Assembly: GCA_047495785.1 (NCBI GenBank)
Contig: JBLDXI010000024.1
Span: 4,030,001 to 4,094,000, forward strand
Direction: 5' to 3'
From: Lepidodermella squamata
Taxonomy: Eukaryota > Animalia > Gastrotricha
Length of the DNA stretch: 64,000 nt
Below the pieces are notes generated by a model. It searched no databases. It had not been told where the DNA came from and saw only the letters and a program-made list of their open reading frames with translations. This document shows, in pieces, positions 11,301 to 24,681 of this stretch (the stretch's first letter is position 1; each line of letters begins with the position of its first letter). The position numbers were made by a program, and so were the translations under genes.

Positions 11301-14018
11301 GTTTTTCTTGCAGATTTGCACTGTTAAATTTTCTATGATGCTTCCATCCTCCTTAAAAGACACGAAAACCCCTTCAAATCGCCTAGAAGTCCTTTTGTTT
11401 CGGAATTTTTATAAGCTACCATAGTTTTATCAATAGTTTGATGATCTAGCGAGATTCTTAACATCAGAATAGCCAAATAATGAAAGAATAGTGTGTAGAA
11501 AGTGTAGAAAGTCGAGAAAGTGTGTAAAAAAGCTAGGATTTTTTGAGGAGTTTAATTTTTTTTATTTTTCAGGTACAACCGTTGTGATCCCGTTGCTGCC
11601 TGTAACTTCGACCTCGACATCGACCTCTACTACGACTACAAGACCCACCACGACCTCGTCAACAACTACCACCCCTACAAGTACCACAGCAACCTCGACC
11701 ACGACGAGAACGACTAGTACCACCCCGACAACGACAACTAGTACTACTACTCGTAGAACTAGCCCTTCTACCACGTCTTCAACGACCACGACTACGACAA
11801 CCCCGAAAACAACGACTACAACGACTCGAAAACCGACTACCACGACGACTTCGACCGAGCCAACCACAACCACAGTTGAGGATGAAATTCTGCCGCCCTA
11901 CGTTGAAGTCGCGAAGAGCAAACCCCCGGTCATTGTCCCTCGCCCCTCTCTGAACCTAACCGAGGTCCTTTCAATCCGAAACGACCAAAACCGGTTCAAT
12001 ACCGACGAAAACGGTGTGACCAAGGCGACCGGGTTGAGCGGCATGCCGATGGCTGTGGTTATCGGGGCGTCGGTCGGCGGGGCCCTTGCCTTTTTCTGCG
12101 TGGTCGGCTTTTTCATCTGGGTCTCGGTCTACTGCGTCCGGAGCCGGGGCGCCCGGGGTCGCAGCTCGTCTTTCTCGAAACGCGTGTACAAACCAGCGGC
12201 AGCCACTGCCTCGCTTGCCCCGGCCGTGTACGTGCAGCCGTCTTTCCCCGGCAGTCCGTCCCAGTTCAACCGGGCTAGTCAAAACGCTGCGGCTGGTCTG
12301 GCGCCGGGTAACCGGGTCATGTTGTCCGGGGTCAATAGTTCGTTGGTGCAGCAACACGGCACGCTGAATCGCAGTTACGCCCAGAGCACCAATACGTCGT
12401 TGGATGTGACTTTCTACTCGAACTTGCCCAAGTCGATTGCGGACAGGACTCCGGCGTGGCGGGAGGTGTCGCGGCCGCAAAGGGTAGGCGATAATGACGA
12501 ACCAGTTGCTTACTTTATCCCACTTGAGTGCTTGAACCAAAAACCTCGCAGAGGCAATCCTGTCATGTGATTCTCATATTTTCTGATCACTTTTAATTTT
12601 TTCTGGTTTATTCGTCCAATTTTCGGAAAAATAAAGGTCCTGCAAGAAAATAGATTCAGAAAATACCAAAATTTCCAAATTATTTCTGAATTTATTTTCG
12701 TTCCTAATTTTGCGATTTTGTATCAATTTTTAATTTTTTTCAATTTTTTCATAGCCTCGGTTATTACCAGTTACTAACGAAGAAACTGGAGCGGCAAATG
12801 GCGGCAATGGTATCTTCGGCAAACACCGCCCGCTGCCTCCGATCAAAAACGGCAGTGCGAATAACAGCACCAATAACGGAAATGCGCCCTCGGTTGCGCT
12901 CCTCCAGCCTAATGGCCAGGTGATGTTGTCGCAGAGCCGCTTCGCTACCATGGACCCGCGTGTTCCCTCGACTTTCGCAGCCGCCAACAATGGCCTGCAT
13001 CCAGACGAAAGAGCCTTTGTAAGTATATTCACTTGAATCTAGCTTAAAATTTGTGTTCAAAGTCTCATATTTATATTTTAATTGAAAATTGAGAAAAATA
13101 TTCCGAATTTGACGAAATTTGAATGTGATGTTTTCAAATTTATCGCTCAGCAACCTATCCAAGAATCCGGTAAGCCTGATGGCGCTAAAGCAGACGAGTG
13201 ATCAGGAAACAACCCCGCCTCCTCATAATTTATAGTGTGTATAATTTCATTTACTATTCAAGGAGTTTTCAGTTCTTAACGCTTAATAATTTTACAAATA
13301 CATGATTAACCCGCTTCAGAACTGCTTGGCCGCTTGCGTATTTTGAACGCTTAAATAATTTTTAGAATTAAAAAATATTTTCAAAATGTTGGGTCTGTAA
13401 TATTTGTTTTTAAATTGAAAAGCAAATATTGGGCCATTTGAAAATATTTTTTCCCCATTTATTTGTAATTTTTCTTATATTTTCTGATTTTTTCTGCAGA
13501 AGTGGCAATCTGAACAGCAGCGAGCCTTGATATATCGAGCCAGTAACGGCAATATAAACGACCCTCATTCCGACAAAGTACCCCTGACAATGATGACCGA
13601 ATCGAACGGGAGCGGCAGCAGCCCTGAAACCGCCTTGAATGTCGTCGAAGAAACCGACCACCCCTCGGTTATCAACTCAACAAACCCGGACAACTGGTCA
13701 ACGGTCGTCATCACCCAGGCCCATATTCAGGGCGTAAATGGCGGTATGAGCAAGAGTAAACTGAAAAATCTGAACCCTTCGATACAGGGCGATCAATCTC
13801 TTCGCTACTACCACCCCTCGATTTCGAGCAACCCCTATCACCGGATAGACACGTCCCAGTCTTCGGCGAATAACGCGATGACCGATGAATCTACAGGCAC
13901 GGCGCGGAGTTTCAACGCCTCGTCCGATGCGCTATTGGTAAATGGGTCGAATGTCGCAAATGCTGGGTCGATTCTAATGGCGGCGTCTGGCAAAAATTAC
14001 AAGGCCACTGCTTTCTAG
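8329..14018 (+). CDS. Type I membrane protein: signal peptide, two MAM domains, Thr-rich mucin stalk, TM helix, long cytoplasmic tail (exons 8329-9843, 10527-11109, 11573-12483, 12755-13018, 13500-14018)
   Basis: MAM signatures twice (CLTFWYY...W.QA.V...GIALDDI; CLTFWYV...W.FAQV...LSIDDL); poly-Thr stalk; hydrophobic VVIGASVGGALAFFCVVGFFIWV; all junctions GT..AG and in phase. Confidence 0.78.
9960..10400 (-). mobile_element. Degenerate LTR-retrotransposon gag-like fragment in intron 1 of the MAM gene
   Basis: ORF 9988-10374 has IFLRGLPS.F (copia-type gag motif) and a decayed Cys knuckle (PCNCYKPRGNC); GC-richer than the flanking intron. Confidence 0.4.
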
Positions 14019-15724
14019 ATTTTTTATTATATAGTCTTTTCTACCAAATTATCACCCAAGCACCGTGATTAAATCGGTTGTTAAATACGCGGAGATATGC
14101 GAGAGCGGCTGGTCGCTCTTCTTATTGCAATTGAAATACTTTATAAATTCTGTGCTCAAAAAATCAACGAAAATTTATGACAATTTTTCTATCTAAAACA
14201 CATACGCTTCCTTAATATAAAAAATTGTTCCTCATTTTTTTGCAATAACTTGCCGAATTTTGCACATCATAACACAATTTGTTTCTCTTTTTTGATATTT
14301 TCATCTCGAATTGTTTTATGCATAATAACAACAACAATGACGATTAACAAGACATGCAATATATATCACACATCGCCTCGATTTTTATTACGACGATACT
14401 ATGCAACCGGTGTTAGATCTTGTTGGCGACTCGATCGGTCGTTCCTTTTTTGATACCATTGACGTGCAATTCCTAGCCCTTGTTGCCATGATGTGACTAT
14501 CGCCGCCGCCGAGAACTTGATTACGAAAATAACAATCTTTCTTATAAAATTTGTTCTATGTGTTGTAAATAAGAAATAACAATCGTGCATGTATAAAGTC
14601 GCTGATGATTGGAAATCAGGTTAATTTAATGCAATTATATGCCAAATATAATCGTGAAGAATAATCAAGCCAAATCGTGATGTGAATGGAATATGATTGC
14701 TTTAAAGTTTGCACAACAAATTATGATGACAATGATAATTTTGATTTATGATTCGCTCTATATTCATTATAAAGTACACTTTTCAGAAAAAAACGACGAA
14801 TGCCAAATAAAAATGTCTTGTTGAACAAAGAGAATCGCCTTTTAAACAGCTGGCTATTTGGTCTCGGTAAAATTTGTAGGCGAAGATTCCTGGAACGAAG
14901 GAATCTGTGCTCGGAGAGCGTTGGGTCACACCTGTCAGATTGCAGTATCATCAAAATTATGTGTCAAAATTCGAATTGTTCGAACTAATTACATACTAAT
15001 ATTGGCACCTAGGTTGGTTTGTCTTGGGATTTCGAACGTTCCCCCACCGAAGGAGTCTTTGCCTTACCACCCTCGAGACTTGCGATGCCAAAGACGTTCC
15101 ATTAGTTTCGAGAATCGTTCGGATAATCTTCAGTAAGAGCGATGATCCTCGTCTTGAAAAGAGTAGTTCTCTCGTAAAATGGGCAACATGAGGGATGAAG
15201 GCAATGGGCTTATCGTGTTGAGTTCGGTAAATCTGTAATCCTATTATGTTATTCTCTGATGGTTAACTGGAGAAAGATAACGAAAGGATTACTTTACACA
15301 TGCAAACCAAGCAGCAACCAGTAGCAAGCTCGTAACGTTTCTAGGTAACGTCAATGATGGAGCAGGAATTATGAAAACTTCGCGCAAAATCTATCAGATA
15401 GGTAGGCATTAATTTTACTTTCAACAGTGCTTCACAGTTGGTGTGATGAGTGTGCCTGATCGATGGTCTTTTTAGTCAATTTTGAGCTTCTCAAAGGCGC
15501 TGCGGTAATGAATATTCGTTCTATCTACGGTGAGGATTTGAAGAAATTAACAGTGAGCGATTCTCACGGTAGGATAAATTAGGCGATCAATCCTGCCCCG
15601 GCTCAGTAATTCTGCAGTTTACGTAAAGTTGAGGTGACTAATTCCCATGGGATCAACAGACAAGTTTCCCACGCTTCATCTATTTAGCAGCAAAAACTCA
15701 GATCAAAGTCATACAATAAGCAGA

Positions 15725-17506
15725 ATGATGAAGTATCTTTGTTTGCTAATATCCACCGTGTTATGGAACCATGTGGAGGCGTTGTCTCAAAAGGTTATTC
15801 ACCCAGATCAAAAGTGTACTTATGATTATCTTCTTATGCCATAGTCACTGAACGCTTCGGAATATTTGCGATGGAACAACCGGTTTTTACATGCCTGTGA
15901 AGACGGAGATCTAGCGCAAGTCGAGCAAATCACTGAATCACTGGAGAAATACGGCGTGTTTGACGTCAACTACCAAAATCCAACGGCGAACTCTATTGAT
16001 TACATCGGTTACACTTGCGTTCATCATGTTGCGAAATGCCCCAAGGACAAAATTGGTAATCGAATCAAATTGCTAAAATTTCTCATCTCAAAAGGGGCTA
16101 ACATCACCACCCGAACGAAAGACGACGGTTACACCGCTCTTCATGTTGCCGCTAGACACTCTTGTGTTCAGGTAGCCGAGTTTTTATTGGATCACGACAT
16201 ACCTGTCGAGGTGAAATCAACAGAGAACGAGACGCCGCTTTTTCTGGCGGCAACTTCGACAGGTAGATTTTATTCGTTCGACGCTCCGTTGAAGGATCAG
16301 CTGAACGTTGTTGAATTGCTTGTCAAACGTGGCGCATCTGTCAACCAACGATGCTTCGGCCTATCCGTGTTAAGATTGATTTTGAGAGATGATATCGAAG
16401 CCGCCAAGTTTTTGGTATCAGAAGGCGCAATAGTCGAAAGGGATATTATTGTCGACCTTTTCAATCCATCCATCTCCAGGTTTTTTAGCCAGGATGTCTT
16501 AACGTGGATTCTCGGCATCAGACCTGAACTAGTCGAGAGTTATGTGTTACCGTTCCTAGCTAACAATTCAGCCGAAATCATCAATCAGCATTTTCGAGTT
16601 GACCTTATGTCACGAAACATCACTGAGATGCTCCTGGACAACGTCTTGAGGACTTTCGTCAAGATTCTCGTGTTCCAATCGAATATGAATGCTTTGCGTC
16701 ATTCTTCACAATTTTACGCCGCTGTCATGAGGTGCGAACGCCCCTTTGACCTCGTGAAGTTGATGCTTGAAAATGGAGCTGAAATCCGGCCAGAAATATA
16801 TCCAGAAGCCGCAGCAAGTGATACATTCGGCTTCGAAATGGTTGATCTGTTATTCAAGAGCAACGTTTCCATCTTAGGATATGAACTGAGCGCATTGGAC
16901 GCAGCTGTGAGGAAGGGAGACTACAGAGTGGTCAGGATGCTTTTCGATAGAACAAATGTTGGCGACATTTTCCGAAAGAGCAGCTCGAGAGATGACATTG
17001 CAATGCGGGCAATTGTAGATGATGGGTCTATCCTTCGATTCCTTCTCAACGCTGGTGCCTCGCTGAGTAACAGTCGTGGAACGCCGGAATTGAGTATGTT
17101 AATTAGCCGTTGGTCCTACGAAAATTTCCTTTACTTTTTAAACCGCGGGCTGTCGATTTTTTACGTTGATTCCTTTAATCGAAATATGCTTGAATGGATT
17201 TCTCTCGAGTCTCACAACGATTCAAAAAAAACTGCGAAATATCTGCTTGAAAATGGAGTCAGCCCGAATGCGGTTAGCAACAACACTGGCAGCACGCCGT
17301 TGTTCAGAGCTGCGGCTATTGGATCTCTCGCCTTGGTTAAATTAATGGTTGAGCATGGAGCCGATGTCAATTTGGTGGACTTCAAAAATGCAACAGTTTA
17401 TCACCACGCGATAATGTTTGATATTGAGAAGGCGATCTATCTTTTGGATAGAATGAACGAGGCGACCAGACAGATTTCGCTTACAACCAACCCTAACTTG
17501 TGGTAA
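15725..17506 (+). CDS. Ankyrin-repeat protein with predicted N-terminal signal exon (15725-15793 spliced to 15845); 3' end may extend via a further intron
   Basis: Ankyrin consensus repeats (GYTALHVAA, NETPLFLAA, GSTPLFRAAAIGSLALVKLMVEHGADVN); a 51-nt GT..AG intron joins MMKYLCLLISTVLWNHVEA in frame. Confidence 0.8.
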
Positions 17507-18115
17507 CTTATGGTATAAGTTGTTATAAGTTTTATGAAGTGGGAAATCTTATTGCTGAATTATGCTGAATTTTATAGTTTTGCTTCGAATGAATTTGACC
17601 GATGTGCAATTTATATGATTCAAATGATGAAATGATGTGATCAACGTGACCATTGACCATGGAAGTAAAAACGGACGAAAGTCTGCTTCACAGCAACTTG
17701 AAAAATAATTTTTGGCTTTTTTTGTCAAATTTAAATACCTGCCAACAGAGAAATCGCGGGAAAGGCCAGGTCGAAAAGACAAATAAACAAAAGTCCAGCC
17801 GACAATTTCATATGCATTTCGCATTTATGAATGCTTATTGCTGATAAATACCAGCCAGATTTATCAAACTTGGCAATTGAATCAGGCCAACAGCCATTTT
17901 GTTATTGTCCTTCCTGCATTGAAAGGACCGAAGATTTTTCAATGACGCATTTACGCAAGTGATTGGTAACGTGAGTAGGTGAGAAAAAAACAAGCTTTGC
18001 GGGTAAAAAAAACCTACGAAATGCGTGACTGGTAGCGATAAAGCCCGCGATTTCCACGCGCATTCTCGGCAATAAAGCCCGAAGAAATCGCACTGATTTG
18101 TCCAGTCGCAGAGTC

Positions 18116-19761
18116 ATGTCGCTAAATTTTGTCAACTTTGTCATAGTTGCCTCGCTGGCAACCGTTGGCCTGACCGAGGCCTGGCGATATGTTCAAAGCT
18201 CGACGCCCGAACAGGGTGACTGTGTCTATGCAGATTTCGACCCAACTTCACTGCAAGCGAGGGGCAAGTACAAGCCTAGATCAGCCATCGACGTGATCAA
18301 GCGTGTCGTCAATGGAAAACAGGCCGATGTCGAGCAATGGCCTTGGCTAGTCGCGCTTCTGTATAATTCAAAAAGCTGTACAAAATTCGGATAATTTCAA
18401 GATTTTTTTTAGGACACCTGATGGTCCAATCAAAAGCCAGGGACGCTCTTGGGACATCAACTGCGGCGGCACTTTGATCCACCCTGAATTCGTTCTAACT
18501 GCCGCTCATTGCGTTATGTAAGAAAAATAACGCAATTTTATCCCCGGAATTATTACAATTTTTCATCTCAGATCTACGGAAAATGACACTTACTACTTCC
18601 GCCGACCCAATCAGGACAATTTGGCTCGAATCGGCGACAAAAATCTGTATACCAATGACGTGCCATTCACCGATATCGTCGTTGATGCGACTTACACCCA
18701 TCCGCAATATGATCGTAAGAGAAATTTCTTTCAACATTTTCCAAATCTCTAAACATTTTCAATTTTTTATTTTTCGAATAAATTTAAAATTGTATTTTGT
18801 TTGTAATAGCTTTGCTAGTCGATACTGGTAACGATGTTGCGCTGATGCATCTATCGCAGCGCTATACTCGAACGGCGAGTGATCCAATCCGGGTGGCCTG
18901 TCTCCCGGCCGTCTCTCGCCAACAGGTCCCAGCCGGATCTTCGTGCTACGTCGCAGGCTGGGGCGCCACATCGACTGACGGCGATATCAGCCAGACGCCA
19001 CTATACACTGTTTTGCAAGCCACCTCATTCCAGGTTTGCAATCGGGCATACGAATTCGCTTCAGCACAGGCTGCGGGTGATGGGCGCCTGTTTTGCGCTG
19101 GGCCCCCTGGACGCACCCGCACTGACACGTGCACAGGTGATTCGGGTGGTGCGATTTTTTGCAAAAATCCAACAGGGACTGGTCTGGATGCGATGTGGCA
19201 ACTCAATGGTTTGGTCTCATTCGGAGGAGAAGGTAAAGAATTTGGAAAAATAAACATTAATTTTTCAAAAGTTTCAAAACTTGATTTTTTGAAATTTAAA
19301 CAAAATTAATTGTGAAAAATCTAAAAACTCATTTATATTTTCAGAACTGAAATTTTTGGATTGTAACATTCAAAAAAATGATTTTTCTGAAATATTAACG
19401 AACATATTTTAATCTAGAGTGTGCCCCTCGAGATTTATCACCCGGTGTCTACACTAATGTGGCCTATTACCGAGATTGGATCGTAGCGACCATGGCTCAG
19501 CATCTCGCAAGGGGTGGAGCTTCACAGCCCAGCCAACCCAGCTTACCTTCTAACCAACCTAACCAGCCAGCTCAAACAACTCGACCAAGCATGACGACCA
19601 AGCCTTCCAAGGGCGGTAGTTGGAGTCTGCCCTGGGTCAGTGGCGGAGGTGGTTCGAAAGGCGGATGGGGCAGTGTTTGGGACGGCGGTCGCGGGGGCCG
19701 CTACGACTACGGCGGCGGACGTTACGGAGGCGATCGATGGGGCGGAAAAGGATGGTGGTGA
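18116..19761 (+). CDS. Secreted trypsin-like (S1A) serine protease, multi-exon, with Gly/Trp-rich C-terminal tail
   Basis: Signal peptide, KR|VVNG activation site, WPWLVAL, CGGTLIHPEFVLTAAHC, NDVAL, DTCTGDSGG, PGVYTNVAYYRDWI. Confidence 0.9.
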
Positions 19762-20256
19762 TTTTCGCCTAGTTTTCACGCTGAAAGTTTATTATTTTTC
19801 GGGTGTTTCCGGTGCTTCTTAAATTTCTTCTGTTCGTCATCGGTGAATCATCATCATTAAAATATTTGAATTTTTATGTTTTTATTATCCAATTTTTACT
19901 ACAATTATATTTTAACAAAATATCAGCATCACATCGATTTAATTGCGAAATTAATAGCCGCTCACAGGAGTACATCACGTGCACGCTCAGCTTTCGCCTC
20001 GAAACCTCTTTTACAAAATCCACGAAAATCGCGAGAGCTTTTTGCGTTATTTTCAAGCATCCGTACGTGAGTGGATATTCGCAATTATTTTGTTTGGACT
20101 ATAAAAACCGGGGAAAATTGAATTAAAATATCGCGCAAGAGTTGACACCATACGTTGAAAAACGAGACAAAAATAAAAAGAAACAAAAATATTATGTCAG
20201 TGGTAGGATCAGCATTTTTCCCAGGATGATTGATGATTTCAGGTATTATGGCATGA

Positions 20257-20807
20257 TCATCTCATAGCTACGAAAACCATGGCAGCTGTTAGACTCAGCA
20301 CGGCTTTGAAGCCACTCAGGCTTTGATACATTCCAGTACCAGCAGTTCCACCAGCAGTTTCTATGGAAAATAACATAATTAGAGACATATCTCAATCGAA
20401 TCCACTCAATTTGCTCGATAAATTGACATATGCGTCCAATACTGTTTTAACATTTCGGTTTCAGACTTACTTGCTACCGCAGCTGTTGTCGTAGCAGCTG
20501 GAGCGGCTGTTGTAGGCGGAGCTGCTGCGGCAGTTGTTGGAGCCGGCGCAGGTCGTGCCGTGGTCGGAGCCGCGGCAGGTTGGGTGGTTCCAGCCGGGGG
20601 CGTCATAGGCGCCGTGGTGGCACTGCCATTGTTGTTGCTCGGCATCGTCATATTAGCTTGATTCGACGTAGCCATGACCATTGTGGTACCCGCTGCCGGT
20701 GCCATGGTTGTACCAGCCCATGTCATCGGGGGCACGGTAGTTTGAGCACTGATAGGCGAGCTGAAAGCCAGGGTGATTACAGCTAGAACAACGCAAGACA
20801 ACGCCAT
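20257..20807 (-). CDS. Small Thr/Ala/Pro-rich mucin-like protein, probably GPI-anchored (exons 20807-20471, 20360-20257)
   Basis: Signal peptide MALSCVVLAVITLAFSSPISA; T/A/P-rich body; exon 2 supplies a hydrophobic tail FKAVLSLTAAMVFVAMR*. Confidence 0.7.
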
Positions 20808-21660
20808 GGTTTATCAGATCTATCAAAACTCTAAACCTAAAAAAATGAAGACAAAAAACTTGCTCTATTTAATCGAATCATGTCTCTAGTCAAGATAATT
20901 ACTCTTGACAGGGCGTGCACGAGATCATTAACCACCCTCAGTTAATAAATAAAAAACGCGCGAATTAACGCTATTTCGATACTGAATGCTGAATTCATAC
21001 ATTGTAGATTTTAAAGAATTAAATGAGAGATAGATACCAACAAAGGATAGCGAAGCGTTAAATGGGCGATTTTATTAACAGGTGTATAATGCGTGCGAGT
21101 GAAAAGCACTGAAATTTGTTTCGAATTTATGTATCATGACACGCATATCAGCGCGCGCACGGCTTTTAGCCCGCATGCGATCAGCAGGTGAAAAATGATA
21201 CCTGAAACACCCACAGCTCTTTATTATCGACCTGAGCTGCTTTTTGCTTCCTGCTCGCCAGCTATTTCTCGATACATTATTATATTATTATCAGGAGCCG
21301 ACGGCACTCGCTGCGATGCTATCTTGTAATACTAATATGCATTAGGTAAAATTATAGCTGACGCTCGTCTCCGTATTATATAATATCGTAATGATGACGA
21401 GCAGCATCCGAGTCGTGTTTTTATTTTAGCGAGCGTAATTATTAAGCATTTTTTCTACCTTTTCGACGTGGTTGAAATTTAATATTTTTTTTGCTGTCGA
21501 TGATGGGCCCGGTGCACAGCTTTTAATCGCACTTAAGAATTCGCCAGAAAATTTTCTACTCCTTTCCCGATGAGCGTAGTAGCCCTGGATTAGCTTGCTA
21601 TAAAACACCCGCGAACAGACGTTAAAATTTTTCAGTACAGAGTATCGATTTCAACGTTTA

Positions 21661-22267
21661 TTAATTTGGTTGAGTAATTAAGGAGGCTTTCACAATAAAT
21701 AAAACACCTAAGGCTAAAGTTGCTTCCAGAAGGTAATAATGATCTGAAGTTGAGATTCCAACGCCTTTGTTGCAATAATCAGTCTGAAAAAAAATAAAAA
21801 ATTCGAAGTTTGAACAAAAAAAAATAATTTGCAGATGTTACCTGGCAACAAGTTTGCTGATACTGGTAAGGAATGGGGTTAGCACTTGCTGTTATAGTAC
21901 CACTGGTACAATTTTGAAGAGCGCAAGACCTAAAATCCATGGGCCAGCCCGATCGAATCTTTGAAAAATCAGAAAACCAATTTTGACAAATTCTAAATGT
22001 TTGAATTTTTTCAGGAGACTCACAACGCAGTACGTGTAATTGTTAGCTGCATCGCATTTGATGACCGTGTAAACGCCTCCAGCGGAGCAGCTCGTGCAGC
22101 TGAAGCAGTAAAGGGCCTCTAAAAATAGAGTGATAAAACCTCGAGTGACATTTTATTACTTCGTTCCAACCTGTAACTGTGGCTTGGTGCAGTAGAATTA
22201 TTAAAACGACCGACGCAGAGGCGAAAATCCATTTCGACGAATTCGATTTCAAGTTTAGTTGGAACAT
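21661..22267 (-). CDS. Ly6/uPAR (three-finger) protein, probably GPI-anchored (exons 22267-22171, 22118-22024, 21958-21842, 21783-21661)
   Basis: Spliced translation: signal peptide, EALYCFSCTSC...KC...YC...SC..NC...TCCQTDYCN (10 Cys, terminal CCxxxxCN) and a hydrophobic tail; not recovered by the ORF track. Confidence 0.85.
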
Positions 22268-22683
22268 CCTAAAAATGCATTTCACAATGTTATCAGTCAA
22301 TTCTGATGCGGATATAAGCCTTAGGTATTGGTGTTGAAACATGTTTGAATGAGCTCGTGAGAAAAAACATGAACACGAAGTTTAATAAGGCTGGGGGAAC
22401 AAAGGGTCCTCGCATTTTTATGACTCGGCTAATTTACTACGCGTGTGATCGTGACTGGTGTAACAGGTAACCATTGTTTACGCTCCTAATAAATTTCAAG
22501 TGTAATTATGACGGGCTTATTCATCGTGGCAAAAATAGAAAATTGAAATTGTGCGGGGGTCGTTATGCTGTTTAGTTACCATTCATTTTTCTATTCCGCC
22601 AATAGCTGGATACTCGTTTGACTGAGTTTCGATCCGAAGTGAAAATCACTGGATTCAGATTATTACCTGTTACGAATTGCTCA

Positions 22684-22750
22684 ACTGGCACGATTGCTGG
22701 CACGATTGCTAGAACTGCTAGAATTGCTAGAATTGCTAGACTGGCACGAG
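22684..22750. repeat. Short tandem repeat (ctggcacgattg / tgctagaa units)
   Basis: ctggcacgattg x2 followed by about three tgctagaa(c/t) units. Confidence 0.6.
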
Positions 22751-22942
22751 GTATACCTCCGATCATAAATTAGAAAATTTCGCCAATTGGCTTAAAAAAG
22801 TTGAGCAATCGTTCCTATTTTCTATTTGTGGGTCTTTCATAAGCGCGGAAAATATCAGGTTCTAATTTTGTGAAAGTCTTGGATCTTGGATTCACCATGA
22901 AACTTCTTGGTTTGCTGCAGCATGTAACACGTGTCGTGCATA

Positions 22943-23121
22943 TCGTTAACGACGCGCCAAAACAACCACTTAGATGACTCATTCGATCGTACTTTTAGTC
23001 GCCTAACGTAATGGTGAAGTACGTTAGGCCTTTTGAGCACCGATTTTTTCCTAATTTAGAACGTACTTTCCTCATAAAATCTATAAATAGTAAAGTGGTT
23101 GTTTTGGCGCGTCGCTAACGA
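22943..23121. mobile_element. MITE-like element, TIR about 30 bp, TA flanks
   Basis: tcgttaacgacgcgccaaaacaaccactt ... aagtggttgttttggcgcgtcgctaacga, TA on both sides. Confidence 0.7.
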
Positions 23122-23866
23122 TATCATTTGCTATTCGCCAACGTTTTGCTGAAATTCGGCATCTCCGCAACATAATTGATAGAAAATGAGTGGGACCCGG
23201 AATAGTTCGTCAACTCATGTAGCAGTTGCGTCGTACTTCCACAGCGGAAGAGCGATGAAGCTACGGCAAAAGAACGGCGCTACTGCGGCAATACTTGGGC
23301 GAAATAACTATGGCGCGCAAGCCAAAAAAACAGCGCGCTTGTCCCAACAGGTGAACTGGTCCCATGTCCCATGGCCACAACTTTTTGATCAGCGGAGTCA
23401 CATATCCAAGTTTGCTCATGTGCTTTCAGCACCTACTGATCGGGAGATGGGTTAGCATAGTTCTGTCATCTATCGTCACAACCATTCCATTAAATTCGGA
23501 TGACAACGTCACTTCGTTTTTAATCCCACCATTTGGAATTTGGATGAATGCTATGAATCGCTAGTCTATTCTCATTTCAAGTTAATTTAAAGCCTTCCAT
23601 TTCTTAGAAGATTCGCTTGCAACAATTTAAATAATTTCAAGCTCTTAGCTCAATTTTTCCTATATTTTTCAACCAACTTTTTCACGGTCAGTTTATTCCC
23701 GTGTTTTTACAGCATCATGAAGAGATAGTGCAGCCAAAAGCCTGCTTACCGCCGTATTTAGCATAAATATACCAAGTAGTAGGTATAGTTCACGTTATTT
23801 TAGCGCTATTCTGCGTTTTTTCAGTCACGAATGTAATAAATGGTTATACGGACGAGTTTTCATAGC

Positions 23867-23939
23867 GGGGTTGTGGCGCAATGGACAACGCGTCTGACTA
23901 CGGATCAGAAGATTCCAGGTTCGACTCCTGGCAGCCTCG
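23867..23939 (+). tRNA. tRNA-Arg (anticodon ACG)
   Basis: 73 nt; acceptor stem GGGGTTG/CAGCCTC, anticodon arm TCTGA-CTACGGA-TCAGA, GGTTCGACTCC B-box, T-run downstream. Confidence 0.96.
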
Positions 23940-24681
23940 AATAACTTTTTGATGCTAATTTTTCCATATTAAGAAGAACTTGCATTTTTCTCATTTTTCT
24001 AACACTCCAAAGAGATTTTGTCGCATAGTTAAGAATTTCTTGTCCTCAAATTGTAAGGCGAATCAAGCAACATCATCTAATCTACATCAGTTCGATTCGA
24101 TTATCTGGGATTTTAGAAGAATTCCCCTGATGTTATTTTTCACATTTTACCATTTTTCTGGACTAACCAAAAAGTTGATAAAAAAGTCAGAAGTATCATT
24201 TGATTTCATCTTTTTTATTATTTTTATCTTTCTCTATTGAACTTGTCAATCAGCAACCGAAAGCAAGGCCCAAAAAATAACAAATAAAGAACTTCATTGT
24301 TCGGCATATTTCATCACCACGCAACACATTCCCGCAAAATAAACATAGTATCAATAAGAGGTTAAAAGAGGTTGAAAGGAAATAAGTTGCCTCGATTAAT
24401 TTGCGGCTAAATAAAAATAAAATCGAATCAGCCCCAGCTTTTACGACCACAATTTATCAAATAAATCAGTTGGGTAGATAGGTATGAACTCCAATTATTT
24501 CAACAACACCAACAACAATACTGCGGTTCACGTCAGATTTAAGGCCGATTTTTTGTATCAGCTCAGAAAAAATCAGCACAAATAATCTATTTTTTCTACA
24601 ATTGCAAACATACTAAAAACTAGACGCAATTTAAGGTTGAATTTTTTTCCATCAATTATATTTATTATAGGTAAGAAGAGC

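Noticed and set aside
11562-11873. Val-rich minus-strand ORF (and 10703-10957)
   Set aside because: Antisense shadow of the poly-Thr mucin codons
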